In this document: positions 11,601-20,177 of the stretch, piece after piece
How the letters are laid out: each line of letters begins with the position of its first letter
How positions within the stretch are numbered: position 1 is the first letter of the stretch
Source: an uncultured Planctomycetales bacterium
Lineage (GTDB): Bacteria > Omnitrophota > Gorgyraeia > Zapsychrales > JBDRMG01
DNA length: 64,000 bases
Direction: 5' to 3'
NCBI GenBank assembly: GCA_964478715.1
Contig: CAYZIY010000004.1
Location: 43,351 to 107,350, forward strand
Position numbers and translations under genes: made by a program
Notes under the pieces: generated by a model
Told to the model about the DNA's origin: nothing
Seen by the model: the letters and a program-made list of their open reading frames with translations, nothing else
Databases searched by the model: none

Positions 11601-12149
11601 CTCTAAAAATCCATCAACAATATCCAGGTCAATAGCTTCCAACATTTTGTTCCACTGATCGGTAATGCCGGGCTCGATCTCGGTTAAAGAAATACTTATC
11701 GATATAGCAGTAGCAACGGCTGCTATGATAATCCCCACCGCTAAAGAGGCCCCGGAGCCGCCGGTAGCAATCGTTACAATAACGGCCAGGATGACGCTGG
11801 CAATAAAAGTAACGACCGCCGTAAAGACATCGGTATGCTTGCAGGCCGTGAGATCGTCTCCGAACTCTTCGTCGCCCGCGTGTTGATAATAATACTCCGC
11901 GTAAGAAGCCATTTCCGAGGCCAAGAAAGCGGCCGCCTGATTGCTGGCTAAAGTGGCGGCTGTTTTGGACTGATTGATCCGTCCCAGATTGAGCGTGGCC
12001 GCGAAAAAGATCAGAGCTACCGCGAAAACCAAAACAAGAATCACCGCTACCTGGGCCCGCCTGGAAAGCAAGCTAGAGGATTTTGAAACAACCTTTCCAT
12101 TTATTTTACGGGAATGTCTTTTGATAAGATGGTTAAATATTTGAAACAC
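8622..12149 (-). CDS. TadG-like pilus-associated giant protein (1175 aa) with an extremely Cys/Trp/Asp-rich extracellular region.
   Basis: The N-terminus …LLSRRAQVAVILVLVFAVALIFFAATLNLG is TadE/G-like, followed by a second hydrophobic segment. The remaining roughly 1000 aa carry dozens of Cys in CC, CxC and CxxC clusters (CCEDPKPAYCNCCCLPK, CDWCHSYHPDCG, CPGKHCDRDCHNGWLC) plus W/D/P-rich stretches. It sits between the TadE-like gene and tadB in the operon. Confidence 0.6.
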   Translation of the reverse strand: MFQIFNHLIKRHSRKINGKVVSKSSSLLSRRAQVAVILVLVFAVALIFFAATLNLGRINQSKTAATLASNQAAAFLASEMASYAEYYYQHAGDEEFGDDLTACKHTDVFTAVVTFIASVILAVIVTIATGGSGASLAVGIIIAAVATAISISISLTEIEPGITDQWNKMLEAIDLDIVDGFLERGVMLGLQNAVMDQEKMIDFMDMDMDGMWGPDATDDKVSRLTYHMHERVSRLALVGADSRIEAIEKFQKAIGEFLLKEWKGVNDNWGLWDPVGNYCPDAGPKHECCEDPKPAYCNCCCLPKTEGRTGTWFEEKITTPFGKKIVFFRKLKTYPSEPSYNNTFKGDSGLRPDVLPPIADEPNLRPSCCDTGGPDECGVSTDCPDHDWPNVYDRYAENKYNNNPGAGQFVSFREFVGRDDNNRYWRGDTRKDKKTSPLNPAGPSDDYEINIDPASVDGFWRQEDAEGILYPYFWKLAKEYQKWNLPDDGQSGTVGLGPPAVPEDRTYECDWCHSYHPDCGNLNLNGSFTLPTDSGPQVFAFDFADSYFVTSASTAPTCGFGSIDEYHFNDWNPANCCITNNLTDNFHYADDLEIPQNECPDLESEEPPFWKKGVDDFCSVNFPYQNDCPGKHCDRDCHNGWLCARQLVDHDPEDWDYDCAWEDPGQDLTSWSCPPPGGWHYWVEDNTDYSRVLIDEFIDWAKSILNKTPERLHAKFSTWIAEAMSVLDSNDGKLMELRESIDKIHRYINGWANGVGSYSVAFNDPGSPAVCNGQTLPGIINCLDNQITNRVQRAGIVYNCMIKCAWSDPGTGDYCFNTCGDDCWSNNPIGISNPDSFPDADNYEYCMVPHNIPDRTYFDALFFSMFNLLKEARMFEIRRDYLQGVRDEAQEKLDELQTAMNKIDGLLNDGRVDDIIKYWKDLEENNRYELAKLAPWVIYGYKDPKGYWHLVQSQAAMPGKCAGKCSRKEELAEPRWPWIKTYNKNRGMSRCYTLLDSYAYPESHCDDDNLSGFDAAKDCFQGGRVKSRVITYDQDRDLSLKFANNVPLWKFIFRHPAQQGSTAADIAAIETYCDKSEDGSFMINNDGVSTPADPLGGGAFSWGFDQTCNQLSGRYVVEKSNCSPCFDAASRLLKKGVMSDTCADYSFRQNRWPFSFSNGFQVHFVPCGKDGANPF

Positions 12150-12176
12150 ATTACCCTCGCTTATACTTTTGCGTCA

Positions 12177-12455
12177 TCAATAATGAATCATGTTAAGCTT
12201 TTCAAACTCGTAAAAAATGGGATTGGTCTGCTTCATGGGTCCTTCATCACCTTCAAGAAGGCCCCAGTCTTCCTCGATCCCCTGGGTCAATTGATCATCG
12301 TGAGATTTCCGGCCGCTGGCCAAGCTAGCCCCGGCCCAGCGAAAAGCCATCACGCAGGCATAAATTAAAATAAGAACGATGATAAAGCTGAAGGTGAATT
12401 CGATCATCACTTGAGCTTTTCCTGTTTTGATTTTTGCTTTCAAAGACAATAACAT
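12177..12455 (-). CDS. tadE: TadE-like minor pilin / pseudopilin.
   Basis: 92 aa; …KTGKAQVMIEFTFSFIIVLILIYACVMAF… has the Flp/TadE leader with E at +5 followed by a TM helix. Confidence 0.6.
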   Translation of the reverse strand: MLLSLKAKIKTGKAQVMIEFTFSFIIVLILIYACVMAFRWAGASLASGRKSHDDQLTQGIEEDWGLLEGDEGPMKQTNPIFYEFEKLNMIHY

Positions 12456-12467
12456 TAATCCTCATCC

Positions 12468-13910
12468 TTATTGAATCGGCATTTGGTCATCACTGACATC
12501 GACCGTCCATCTGTGACCGCCGCGATCCTCGATCCGGCTGCGGATATAAAAAACTTTTTGCTCTTCATCGAAGCAGTTTTTAAACATATTGGCATCACTG
12601 AGACAGTCATTACAGGATTCCACATAGGGATTGACCTTATAATTAGGAACACCCTCACCTACGTCCCAACTTTTCCCCGTCCCATTGCCGCACAGGCGCC
12701 CGGTATCATTACTGAGCTGAAATTTGCGCTCAATCAAAGACAACCGGTCGGTCATGCGGGTGTTGCGCACCACCTGGCCGCCGGCCGCAACTAATTTTCC
12801 CTCTTCAATGCGCAGCAGTGTCCCGTCGCGGGTTTCGGTATAGATTCTGGTCTCATCCATCAGGCCCGGCTTTTTCTGATCCGTTCCCCCGGGTTCAGCC
12901 GGTGTCGGCCCTCCCACATAGTCATAGGTATTATAGGTTTGATCATAATCGCCTTCCTGCATATCCAAAACCCAGGCATATTTGACGATCCCTGAACCTT
13001 CACACCCGTATATTGAAGAAGGAGAAGAGGAATACTGCCACGGGGCTGTCGTATTAAACTGAGCCTGATTAGTGTCTTCCAGGCCGAACACTTTTTCTTC
13101 TTTCAGGTCTCCGTCGACATCGTAACTCAGCGTAGCGCCTTCCTCAATAAGAAAATTCTCTGTCAGGCCTGGAACCTTGCGCCATTGCCAGGCCATTCGA
13201 TTGGGATACATGACATCGCCGTCTCTATAAATGAATCCCCCATAATGTATTGTTTCTCCTGTTGCGCCGTTGCGATTATAATCAAATCTTTCTGTGTCGT
13301 TTGAATCCCAGTCCGCGCTCACTCCTGCCGGCCCGGGAATTTTCGTATAAAAAACAGGACAATCGAAGCCCGCGCATTCCCCGGCTTCCATCGAATCGGG
13401 AACAAAGACAGAATCCGGATGTTCCGTGCACTGGCCTTCATCATCCGCAAAACAATAAATCCGATAGGCGGCCACGCTTAAAGGGAAATGCTCGCCGTTA
13501 ACATATAAATCCATCACCGGCACTTCGTCATCCTTTCCGAATTCCGCCGGCATCATCAATTTGTTGGTCATACTGCCGCCGCCGCCAAACACATAAGCGC
13601 TGCGGGCTTCGGGACCGTATTTGCCGCTGCTGCCGGTCACATCAACATCCTTGCGGTCCTCGATCACCAGAACGCTGGCCATGATGCGGGAGGAATTCTC
13701 TGCCTTCCCGGAAGAATCAAGCTGCCAGGAAGAATGAAAAGACTTTGTTAAAGCCAGGCGCGTCGCTTTCATCCAGTGGTTTTGCACATTATTGCTGTGG
13801 CTGGCGTAGCGGATCAACAGCCCCAGCATAAAAAGCAAAATCACGCCGAAAGCGGCGAGTTCGGTGGCGGTTTGGGCTGATAATAATTTACGTTTTTTTC
13901 GATTTCTCAT
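12468..13910 (-). CDS. TadF-like pseudopilin with a large (about 430 aa) C-terminal extension.
   Basis: The N-terminus KRKLLSAQTATELAAFGVILLFMLGLLI has a TadE/F-type leader. The C-terminal region is Gly/Asp/Tyr-rich with scattered Cys. It lies immediately downstream of the Flp array. Confidence 0.55.
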   Translation of the reverse strand: MRNRKKRKLLSAQTATELAAFGVILLFMLGLLIRYASHSNNVQNHWMKATRLALTKSFHSSWQLDSSGKAENSSRIMASVLVIEDRKDVDVTGSSGKYGPEARSAYVFGGGGSMTNKLMMPAEFGKDDEVPVMDLYVNGEHFPLSVAAYRIYCFADDEGQCTEHPDSVFVPDSMEAGECAGFDCPVFYTKIPGPAGVSADWDSNDTERFDYNRNGATGETIHYGGFIYRDGDVMYPNRMAWQWRKVPGLTENFLIEEGATLSYDVDGDLKEEKVFGLEDTNQAQFNTTAPWQYSSSPSSIYGCEGSGIVKYAWVLDMQEGDYDQTYNTYDYVGGPTPAEPGGTDQKKPGLMDETRIYTETRDGTLLRIEEGKLVAAGGQVVRNTRMTDRLSLIERKFQLSNDTGRLCGNGTGKSWDVGEGVPNYKVNPYVESCNDCLSDANMFKNCFDEEQKVFYIRSRIEDRGGHRWTVDVSDDQMPIQ

Positions 13911-13929
13911 GATATCTAACTAAAGCGTG

Positions 13930-14241
13930 TCAATAATTCGGGACATTGGTCTGGCCTGTTTTTGTTTCGGTGGCATAGGCCGAGTCTTTCTTTTTCGACC
14001 AGTAGCTTCCAGCTTCCTCCTGAATCGACAATTCGGACACACTGTTTCCGACAGTGGTAAAAGTGATGTTGCTCACCGCGACCGTCGGATCGTATTGATC
14101 GCCGAAATTATCTATCTGCCCTCTCCAGCGACCCTGAATCCCGCGCTTGATATAAATGGTCATGGCCAGCAGAGCGCCGGCCACGACAATGATAAGAATC
14201 GAATATTCAAGCGTTGACTGGGCTTTTCGTATGCATTTCAT
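13930..14241 (-). CDS. flp: Flp-family pilin paralog 7 (103 aa).
   Basis: MKCIRKAQSTLEYSILIIVVAGALLAMTIYIKRG: prepilin motif A/QSTLEY plus a hydrophobic helix. RBS AAGAGG is upstream. Confidence 0.65.
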   Translation of the reverse strand: MKCIRKAQSTLEYSILIIVVAGALLAMTIYIKRGIQGRWRGQIDNFGDQYDPTVAVSNITFTTVGNSVSELSIQEEAGSYWSKKKDSAYATETKTGQTNVPNY

Positions 14242-14281
14242 TTTATCTAACCTCTTACTTGCGCGGCTTATCTCTTTCGCG

Positions 14282-14632
14282 TTAATACGTGCGGTTCGTT
14301 AATCCCATATTCACGATCGAAGAGCTTTCTTCTTCGGAAGAATCTCCGTAAATATAATCGATCGCGCCCCCCGGGCTTTGCAATAATTGTTTCCCCTGAG
14401 TATAACGGACAGCGGAATAGCTCTCTTCAATATAGCCGCTGGTTTCATCGATCTGCTGTTCGGCGCATTGCTGAATGCCGACCTGATCCGATGCCATTTT
14501 GATGGTCGCCTGGACACTGCGCATCAGAAAAGGGCGCATTAAAATTAAAAAGGAACCCACCACGCCGGCCACCAGAAGATATTCCATCAAGGATTGGGCT
14601 CTGTTATTAAAATGTCTCGATATTTTTCTCAT
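14282..14632 (-). CDS. flp: Flp-family pilin paralog 6. Start refined to the internal ATG at 14632; the track ORF is extended upstream with no pilin context.
   Basis: MRKISRHFNNRAQSLMEYLLVAGVVGSFLILMRPF from the ATG at 14630-14632. The leader is A/QSLMEY. Confidence 0.55.
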   Translation of the reverse strand: MRKISRHFNNRAQSLMEYLLVAGVVGSFLILMRPFLMRSVQATIKMASDQVGIQQCAEQQIDETSGYIEESYSAVRYTQGKQLLQSPGGAIDYIYGDSSEEESSSIVNMGLTNRTY

Positions 14633-14633
14633 A

Positions 14634-15005
14634 TTAATCGGCCTCACCGGGCGGCGCTGTTTCTCCCTCGGATATGACGGAAGTCGTGTCTGTGTCCGCG
14701 CCCTCATACTCTTGTCCTGTAGCCAGCGGAAACAATTGATCGATATCTTGGGTTTGCTGTTTGATCTCGCGAGTGGAATTAACATAATACGGCTCGTACT
14801 GATCAACGAAATCACCCGCGGATCCGGAAACATAAAAAGCGGTTTTGGCATCGGCGAAGGAGCGGTCATGGGCTCCTTTCATCGCCGCCATGAAACCGCG
14901 CTGGACATAGACGCTTATTCCTGTAATCGCGGCCACGACCAAAGCCAGCAAAATCGCCTGTTCGCTGATAATCTGAGCCTTTGTTTTCTTAATTCCTTTA
15001 AACAT
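14634..15005 (-). CDS. flp: Flp-family pilin paralog 5 (123 aa).
   Basis: MFKGIKKTKAQIISEQAILLALVVAAITGISVYVQRG; the C-terminal tail is acidic and Thr-rich. Confidence 0.6.
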   Translation of the reverse strand: MFKGIKKTKAQIISEQAILLALVVAAITGISVYVQRGFMAAMKGAHDRSFADAKTAFYVSGSAGDFVDQYEPYYVNSTREIKQQTQDIDQLFPLATGQEYEGADTDTTSVISEGETAPPGEAD

Positions 15006-15171
15006 TCTACGCCTTATTTATATTAAAGCTTGTTGATAATTGAAGTCAACATTTAATACTAATATTAATAATTCTGAAAGAAACTGCCGAAAAAACTGGC
15101 CTGCCACAATATCTTCCTCCCGGCAGGCCAGTTCTTCTCATTCTTTGATCAACGTGTACTCGACAAACTGA

Positions 15172-15504
15172 TTACTCTGTCTCCGATCCCCAGTATTCCT
15201 GCTGGACATTGATGAGATTAGCCGAATAAGTGACATTCGTCCATTCATCATCCAGAAGCCGGGATTCTGTTTGTCCGTCTATTGTAGTTTCGTTGGAATG
15301 GGTTTGAGTCGTCGTTGATCGGTAGTATCTGGTATTGCCAGGAGAAAACTGATCACCGATATCATCAGTGGCCTGGCGGTAACGTCCCTGAACACCTCGT
15401 TTAATATACATTTGCATAGAGAGCAAAGCACCTAAGACGACAATAATCAAGATGGCGTATTCTAAAGTGCTCTGCGCCTTTTTATTCCGTAAGAATCTTA
15501 ACAT
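15172..15504 (-). CDS. flp: Flp-family pilin paralog 4 (110 aa).
   Basis: MLRFLRNKKAQSTLEYAILIIVVLGALLSMQMYIKRG. RBS GGGAGGTG lies 8 nt upstream of the ATG (plus-strand 15510-15520). Confidence 0.65.
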   Translation of the reverse strand: MLRFLRNKKAQSTLEYAILIIVVLGALLSMQMYIKRGVQGRYRQATDDIGDQFSPGNTRYYRSTTTQTHSNETTIDGQTESRLLDDEWTNVTYSANLINVQQEYWGSETE

Positions 15505-15560
15505 GATTTTATTTCACCTCCCTAAATAAAATATATCAACACAGATCATCTGCTGTCGGC

Positions 15561-15896
15561 TTAATTGCCATTGACATCCGTGGTCAATGTATAACCGTCA
15601 CTGGCTCTTTTAGTATAAGTTGTTTCACCCACTTCTGTTTTATCCGCATCATAATCCTGATACTGAGTAGCATTGCGTTCCTGTTCGTATACTTTCACAT
15701 GATAATAGGGCTCGTATTGCGTAGTTGCGCTGCCCATTTCTGTTGACATTTCGTCTGTCTTGCCTTTAACACCGGCATTGATCGCGCGGGTCACATAGAC
15801 CTGCATCCCGGTGATCGCGCCGACGACAAGGGCGATGAGAATGGCGTATTCCGCCGTGGACTGCCCTTTGATTTTCTTTTTCAACTTAATTAACAT
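15561..15896 (-). CDS. flp: Flp-family pilin paralog 3. Start refined to the ATG at 15894-15896; the track start at 15905 is a GTG inside the RBS.
   Basis: MLIKLKKKIKGQSTAEYAILIALVVGAITGMQVY: canonical G/QSTAEY. RBS AGGAGGTG (15903-15910) lies 6 nt before the ATG. Confidence 0.65.
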   Translation of the reverse strand: MLIKLKKKIKGQSTAEYAILIALVVGAITGMQVYVTRAINAGVKGKTDEMSTEMGSATTQYEPYYHVKVYEQERNATQYQDYDADKTEVGETTYTKRASDGYTLTTDVNGN

Positions 15897-15945
15897 TGAT
15901 TTCACCTCCTATGAAAAACCATAACAACATTCATTAGCTTTTTGA

Positions 15946-16152
15946 TTACGTACCGTTCTTAGGCGACAAGGGCCGCGAACCGGCCAAACGATTGGCCATG
16001 GTCGACATACCATTAGCTGTTGACCCAACGGTATTCTCCAGAGCACTTTGGAATAATCCGCCTTCAACCATAACACCAATAATCACAATCACAACGCCCG
16101 TAATCAAGATAACGTATTCCAGCGTACTTTGTCCTTTTCTCTTTTTTCTCAT
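15946..16152 (-). CDS. flp: Flp-family pilin paralog 2. Start refined to MRKKRKGQ…
   Basis: MRKKRKGQSTLEYVILITGVVIVIIGVMV. RBS GGAGGTG (plus-strand 16160-16166) lies 9 nt upstream. Confidence 0.65.
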   Translation of the reverse strand: MRKKRKGQSTLEYVILITGVVIVIIGVMVEGGLFQSALENTVGSTANGMSTMANRLAGSRPLSPKNGT

Positions 16153-16210
16153 TTTAGTTTTCACCTCCTGCAAAGTCGTCTTGATAACCCTGATTACTCA
16201 GGGATGAATG

Positions 16211-16366
16211 TCACTTATCTCTGGCTTCCTCTTCTATCATTTTCTGGGTTGCCTGAATCGAACGATAGGCATAGGTGCTCATGGCGATCACAGCTGCAGA
16301 AACAATAGCAACAACGATAGAGTATTCAATCAGGTTTTGTGCTTGTCTTTTTTTTATTCGTCTCAT
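16211..16366 (-). CDS. flp: Short classical Flp pilin paralog 1 (51 aa). It is under 60 aa and so is absent from the ORF track.
   Basis: Hand-translated reverse complement: MRRIKKRQAQNLIEYSIVVAIVSAAVIAMSTYAYRSIQATQKMIEEEARDK*. Leader A/QNLIEY. RBS AGGGAG is upstream. This is the first gene of the array. Confidence 0.6.
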   Translation of the reverse strand: MRRIKKRQAQNLIEYSIVVAIVSAAVIAMSTYAYRSIQATQKMIEEEARDK

Positions 16367-16805
16367 CGTTGCTGCTCCCTTGTGCCTAACAAAAATGACA
16401 GATGACCCTTTCTTTTCTCCCCAACCTTAGAGAGCGGAATGCCTTACTAAGGGTCTCTATTTCCGGTTTCCACGAAAACCGGCCCCTTTTGGTCTTTGCG
16501 TTACCTTTTTTGTTTTGATATGTAAGAACAAAAGAGGATTTAAATCCCCCGGCCGATATTACGTCCGGAGAATGTCGCTTCCCTCTTTTTCTGGGTGGAG
16601 AAATAAAAAGTCCTCAACCAGAACAGTTGAGGCGCTGCATGAAATGATGGGTGATCTATTGTGGTGTTTATCTTTCATTATTTCTCCGTGGCCAGAAATA
16701 ATGCTGCTTGATTATAATGCATTTAAGGCTCTTCAAATATAACATATTAAAGAGGGAAAAGTCAAGGGACGGAATAAAAAGACAGAGAAATTTAAGAAAC
16801 CGCTT

Positions 16806-19199
16806 TTATCCTGAGTGACATTTGAAAAATATTTTTTTGCCCCGGGAAATTCTAATATCGCGCTCATTGATTCGTCTGATCGCATATTTAAGGTCTTGCG
16901 CATAGCCATAATTCTCAGGTATAATTAGAGTCACAATGGTTAGATCTCCGGATTCTTGCAAAGAACCCTCAAGGTCATAAAAACGCTCCTTGATGGTTGA
17001 AAAATCCAGCGTTTGACAGGAATCAGGAAAGAAATGTCTCTGACAGTAGTGATTCAGGGCTGACAACAGGAATTCGATGATAGTCCAGAGATCAGTCCAT
17101 CCCCCCAAAAGATTATATTGCCCTATGCCGCTGAAAAGAGGAACTCTCTCTGGCGAAGGAGCCATCATAAAATCCTTAAATGAGGGCCTCTCCACTTTTG
17201 ATCCAAAGTCTTCAAATCCTTCCTTAAAATTCGGCCAATGCAAAATATAATGACTAATGACATCTTGAATGGACATATTTTTTTCTGTGCTGTTCGTAAC
17301 AATGGCTATATTTGGAAAATCATTATCCTTTTCGCGAATAAAAGCAATTCTGAGTTTTATTTTTTGTCCAATCAGAGGCTGATCTATAAAATCGGTTATT
17401 TGGGAATAAATAAATTCCCTTTCTAATCCTTCTATGAAAATTCTCTCCTGGGTTCCCGTGTCTTTGCTGATGTATTTCTTGAACCCTTCCTGCCATGGCC
17501 ATGCTCCGGCAATGAAGCTTCTTTTCTTCTTAGGAACAGTTTTGAACTGAGCTATTAGATCTTTTTGTCCATTGTGAATGCTAACACTGGATATTGTTTT
17601 TTGAGAAATGTTTTCAAAAGCCCAGACAAATTCAAAGAATTCTTTGGAGAAATCATTATATCCGGGAATATTTTGTAAGACGCAAGGATAATTATTGCTG
17701 ATAAAACGTTTTGAAATAATTTCAAGCGCTTTATCAAAACTCTGACAAAATCCAGAATGGACAGTATTTTCATCCCAGATGCTATGACATTGTGTATCAA
17801 TACATAAAACTGTCCCGTCACTCAACTGCAGTTTAATATAGCTCGCCTCGGAAAAGACTTGGCTATATTCATTGGACATTTCCAGAGAGAGATTCCTTGG
17901 ATTATTGATATTCTCAACAAAATGAAGAAGATTTTCAGCTTCAATAGGCTTTTCAAGAGAATTCAAAACCCATAATCCTTTGCCTTTGTAATTCATGATT
18001 TCTTGAGTCTTATCCATACCAAAGGCACGCATATAAAGAATAATTTCGCTGGCCAGATTGACATCCGAAGCGGAAACAGAGCTGTATTTGCTTAGGAGTC
18101 CTCCTAAAATCGAATACGGAGATAAATCATTTTCGGCCGCCTTAAGAAAGAAAAAGCCCATATGATCAAACAACGCTTCTTTGGGAGTTAAGGAAACAAT
18201 TTCTCTGTCAAATACTGGTTCTTCTTCTGTCACAGGTTCCTGTTCTTGTGCCTGATCTTCGGGTAGAGGTTCTTTCTGCTGTCGATCTAACTCTTCCTCG
18301 GATTCTTCCGGAGAATCTTCCCGAGGTTCTTGTTTAGGTTTTTCTGGAGGCTCTTCTTGCACGCAAGAACCTTCGCCTTTTTGTAAGGATTCTTTTGTTT
18401 CCCGCTTTGAACCTTGTTCTGCTTCCCGGGTGAGTTCTTCTTTTTCTTGTTTCGGGATATCTTCGGATTCCAGGGGATCCGCTTCTCCTTTTTGGTTTGA
18501 TTCTTTTTTCTCTTGCGTTGGAGATTCCTCCAATAAAGAATGCTTTTCGTTTTGATCTTGCTGGACAAAGGGATATTTCAATATCTTATCATGCTCATCA
18601 GTCTTTTCTTCTTCCTTTTTTTCTTGATCATTTTCATTTCTGGACATTTCTTTTACAATATTTTCTTCTATATCCTCTTTGGACAATTCCTCTTTCTCAT
18701 GTGACCCCATTTTATCTCTGGACATTGCTTTATTATCAATATCCACCCTTTGCGGCCTCTGGACTGCTAATTCTTCCGGAGGCGTGGGCAATTCTTGCGG
18801 AAGAGCGATAGGTTTAACATCTTTGGATGTTTTTTCATGAATCATCTCACTCTGATTTTCTTTTTGAAGAGCATAATCTTTTTTTATCTCAGGCAAATGC
18901 TCATCCTGGCGATCTGCTTCAATCAATTTTGTTTCTTTGTTTTTCTCAAAAATTTCTTGCTTCTTTTCTTCCGGGATTTTGAAAGTGTCTTTCGATTTTC
19001 GGCTTTTTGATCTGCGGCCAACCGGAGAACTCAAATTGGACTCTTTTAAAACACTGTTGACTGAAGATTTTGAAACCGGAATCGAAAACTGAATTTGAAT
19101 AAGATCTGATATTTTACGGCAGCTTAGTTTGGGATTGGATTTCTTTTTTTCAATAATGAAATCAACAACTTCTTTTTTCAGCTTGTGGATGACACCCAT
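16806..19199 (-). CDS. Hypothetical 797-aa protein with an N-terminal helix-turn-helix, a long Glu/Lys-rich low-complexity linker and a conserved-looking C-terminal domain of about 450 aa.
   Basis: N-terminus …VDFIIEKKKSNPKLSCRKISDLIQIQFSIPVSKSSVNSVLKE (HTH_23/resolvase-like HTH). Residues about 60-330 are EK/QE-rich (EEKKQEIFEKNKETK…, PEESEEELDRQQKEP…). The C-terminal half is of mixed composition with no motif I recognise. It lies between the two tad operons. Confidence 0.6.
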   Translation of the reverse strand: MGVIHKLKKEVVDFIIEKKKSNPKLSCRKISDLIQIQFSIPVSKSSVNSVLKESNLSSPVGRRSKSRKSKDTFKIPEEKKQEIFEKNKETKLIEADRQDEHLPEIKKDYALQKENQSEMIHEKTSKDVKPIALPQELPTPPEELAVQRPQRVDIDNKAMSRDKMGSHEKEELSKEDIEENIVKEMSRNENDQEKKEEEKTDEHDKILKYPFVQQDQNEKHSLLEESPTQEKKESNQKGEADPLESEDIPKQEKEELTREAEQGSKRETKESLQKGEGSCVQEEPPEKPKQEPREDSPEESEEELDRQQKEPLPEDQAQEQEPVTEEEPVFDREIVSLTPKEALFDHMGFFFLKAAENDLSPYSILGGLLSKYSSVSASDVNLASEIILYMRAFGMDKTQEIMNYKGKGLWVLNSLEKPIEAENLLHFVENINNPRNLSLEMSNEYSQVFSEASYIKLQLSDGTVLCIDTQCHSIWDENTVHSGFCQSFDKALEIISKRFISNNYPCVLQNIPGYNDFSKEFFEFVWAFENISQKTISSVSIHNGQKDLIAQFKTVPKKKRSFIAGAWPWQEGFKKYISKDTGTQERIFIEGLEREFIYSQITDFIDQPLIGQKIKLRIAFIREKDNDFPNIAIVTNSTEKNMSIQDVISHYILHWPNFKEGFEDFGSKVERPSFKDFMMAPSPERVPLFSGIGQYNLLGGWTDLWTIIEFLLSALNHYCQRHFFPDSCQTLDFSTIKERFYDLEGSLQESGDLTIVTLIIPENYGYAQDLKYAIRRINERDIRISRGKKIFFKCHSG

Positions 19200-19514
19200 G
19201 TCTGGACATTTCTCCTTTTCTTTTTTATCAGTATATCAAAGGTCAATGTCCAGTCAAGATCAATATGCATTAAAAAGAAATATTTTGAAATAAATCGCAG
19301 TATCTAGCGCGTGATGATTTATTATTTCATTAATGATTGCTTTAATTTATTTTTTAAAAAATTAATATCCTGCCGATCGCTTTGATCTTAATAACACGAC
19401 TATACATAATTCGCCAGGACAATTTATTTCTATTTATTTCAAACTATTTCAATGTATTCAATTTTTTAGTTGATTTCTATTGTACAAATTCATTGTTCCT
19501 ATAAAATATTAATC

Positions 19515-19748
19515 ATGAAACGCTGCCCTTATTGTTTTGGAAAAGTGGAAGAACCTGCCAAGAAATGCCCACATTGTTTTCAATTTATTATTGATCCTCT
19601 CATTGATGTCAGCTACGCGCCTTTCGAAAAAAAGAAATGCATCCTTTGCGGAAAAAAAGTTTTTAAGGAAGCGCGTTATTGCAGACATTGCCATCAGTGG
19701 CTGGACCGCATCGACCAGGACGCGGATGATTTGGAAAAGATGGATTGA
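19515..19748 (+). CDS. Small zinc-ribbon protein (four CxxC pairs).
   Basis: MKRCPYCFGKVEEPAKKCPHCFQF…KKKCILCGKKVFKEARYCRHCHQWL. The start is taken at the ATG at 19515 rather than the track start at 19470. Confidence 0.45.
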   Translation: MKRCPYCFGKVEEPAKKCPHCFQFIIDPLIDVSYAPFEKKKCILCGKKVFKEARYCRHCHQWLDRIDQDADDLEKMD

Positions 19749-19823
19749 AGAGATCCTAAGCTCTAAACTCAAAATGCTAAGAAAATTCGGTTTTGGGCTT
19801 CCTTAGAATTTAGGATTTAAAGC

Positions 19824-20168
19824 TTAGGGTTTTAATGCGAGCTGGTCGCCGCATTCTGTTTGCGTTGCGTCGATGACGCCCACGGGCAGCTCGATCACAT
19901 ACGAGGCTTTAAAGAAAATCGGACTCACGCGGAAGGGTTTTATCTTTCTGCACAGGCCCGCCACACGATGATCAGAATCAGCAAAAACCGCATCAATAGC
20001 AAATTTCATAAAAAACATGTGGATGCTGTTACAGTTTTCGATCAAAAGGGCCTGATTTGCGCGGATCGTTTTCCGATTCAAAAGACCGGTCATTCGTTGA
20101 ACAAAAGATTTGGCGATTTGCACATCGTCCGCCAGGAGTGTCGATTTGTCTTGATTGATAATGACCAT
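19824..20168 (-). CDS. DUF192 (COG1430) family protein.
   Basis: 114 aa; …ADDVQIAKSFVQRMTGLLNRKTIRANQALLIENCNSIHMFFMKFAIDAVFADSDHRV… matches the DUF192 pattern (R.GLM.R..L…GMLF.F…MKN..IPLDI.F.D). It is the last gene of the cpaB-secretin-cpaEF operon. Confidence 0.55.
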   Translation of the reverse strand: MVIINQDKSTLLADDVQIAKSFVQRMTGLLNRKTIRANQALLIENCNSIHMFFMKFAIDAVFADSDHRVAGLCRKIKPFRVSPIFFKASYVIELPVGVIDATQTECGDQLALKP

Positions 20169-20177
20169 CGAGGGAGA

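Noticed and set aside
16515-16742. 75-aa plus-strand ORF in the spacer upstream of the flp array.
   Set aside because: It lies in the likely promoter/5' region of the flp operon, has no RBS and an odd composition. More likely non-coding regulatory DNA.
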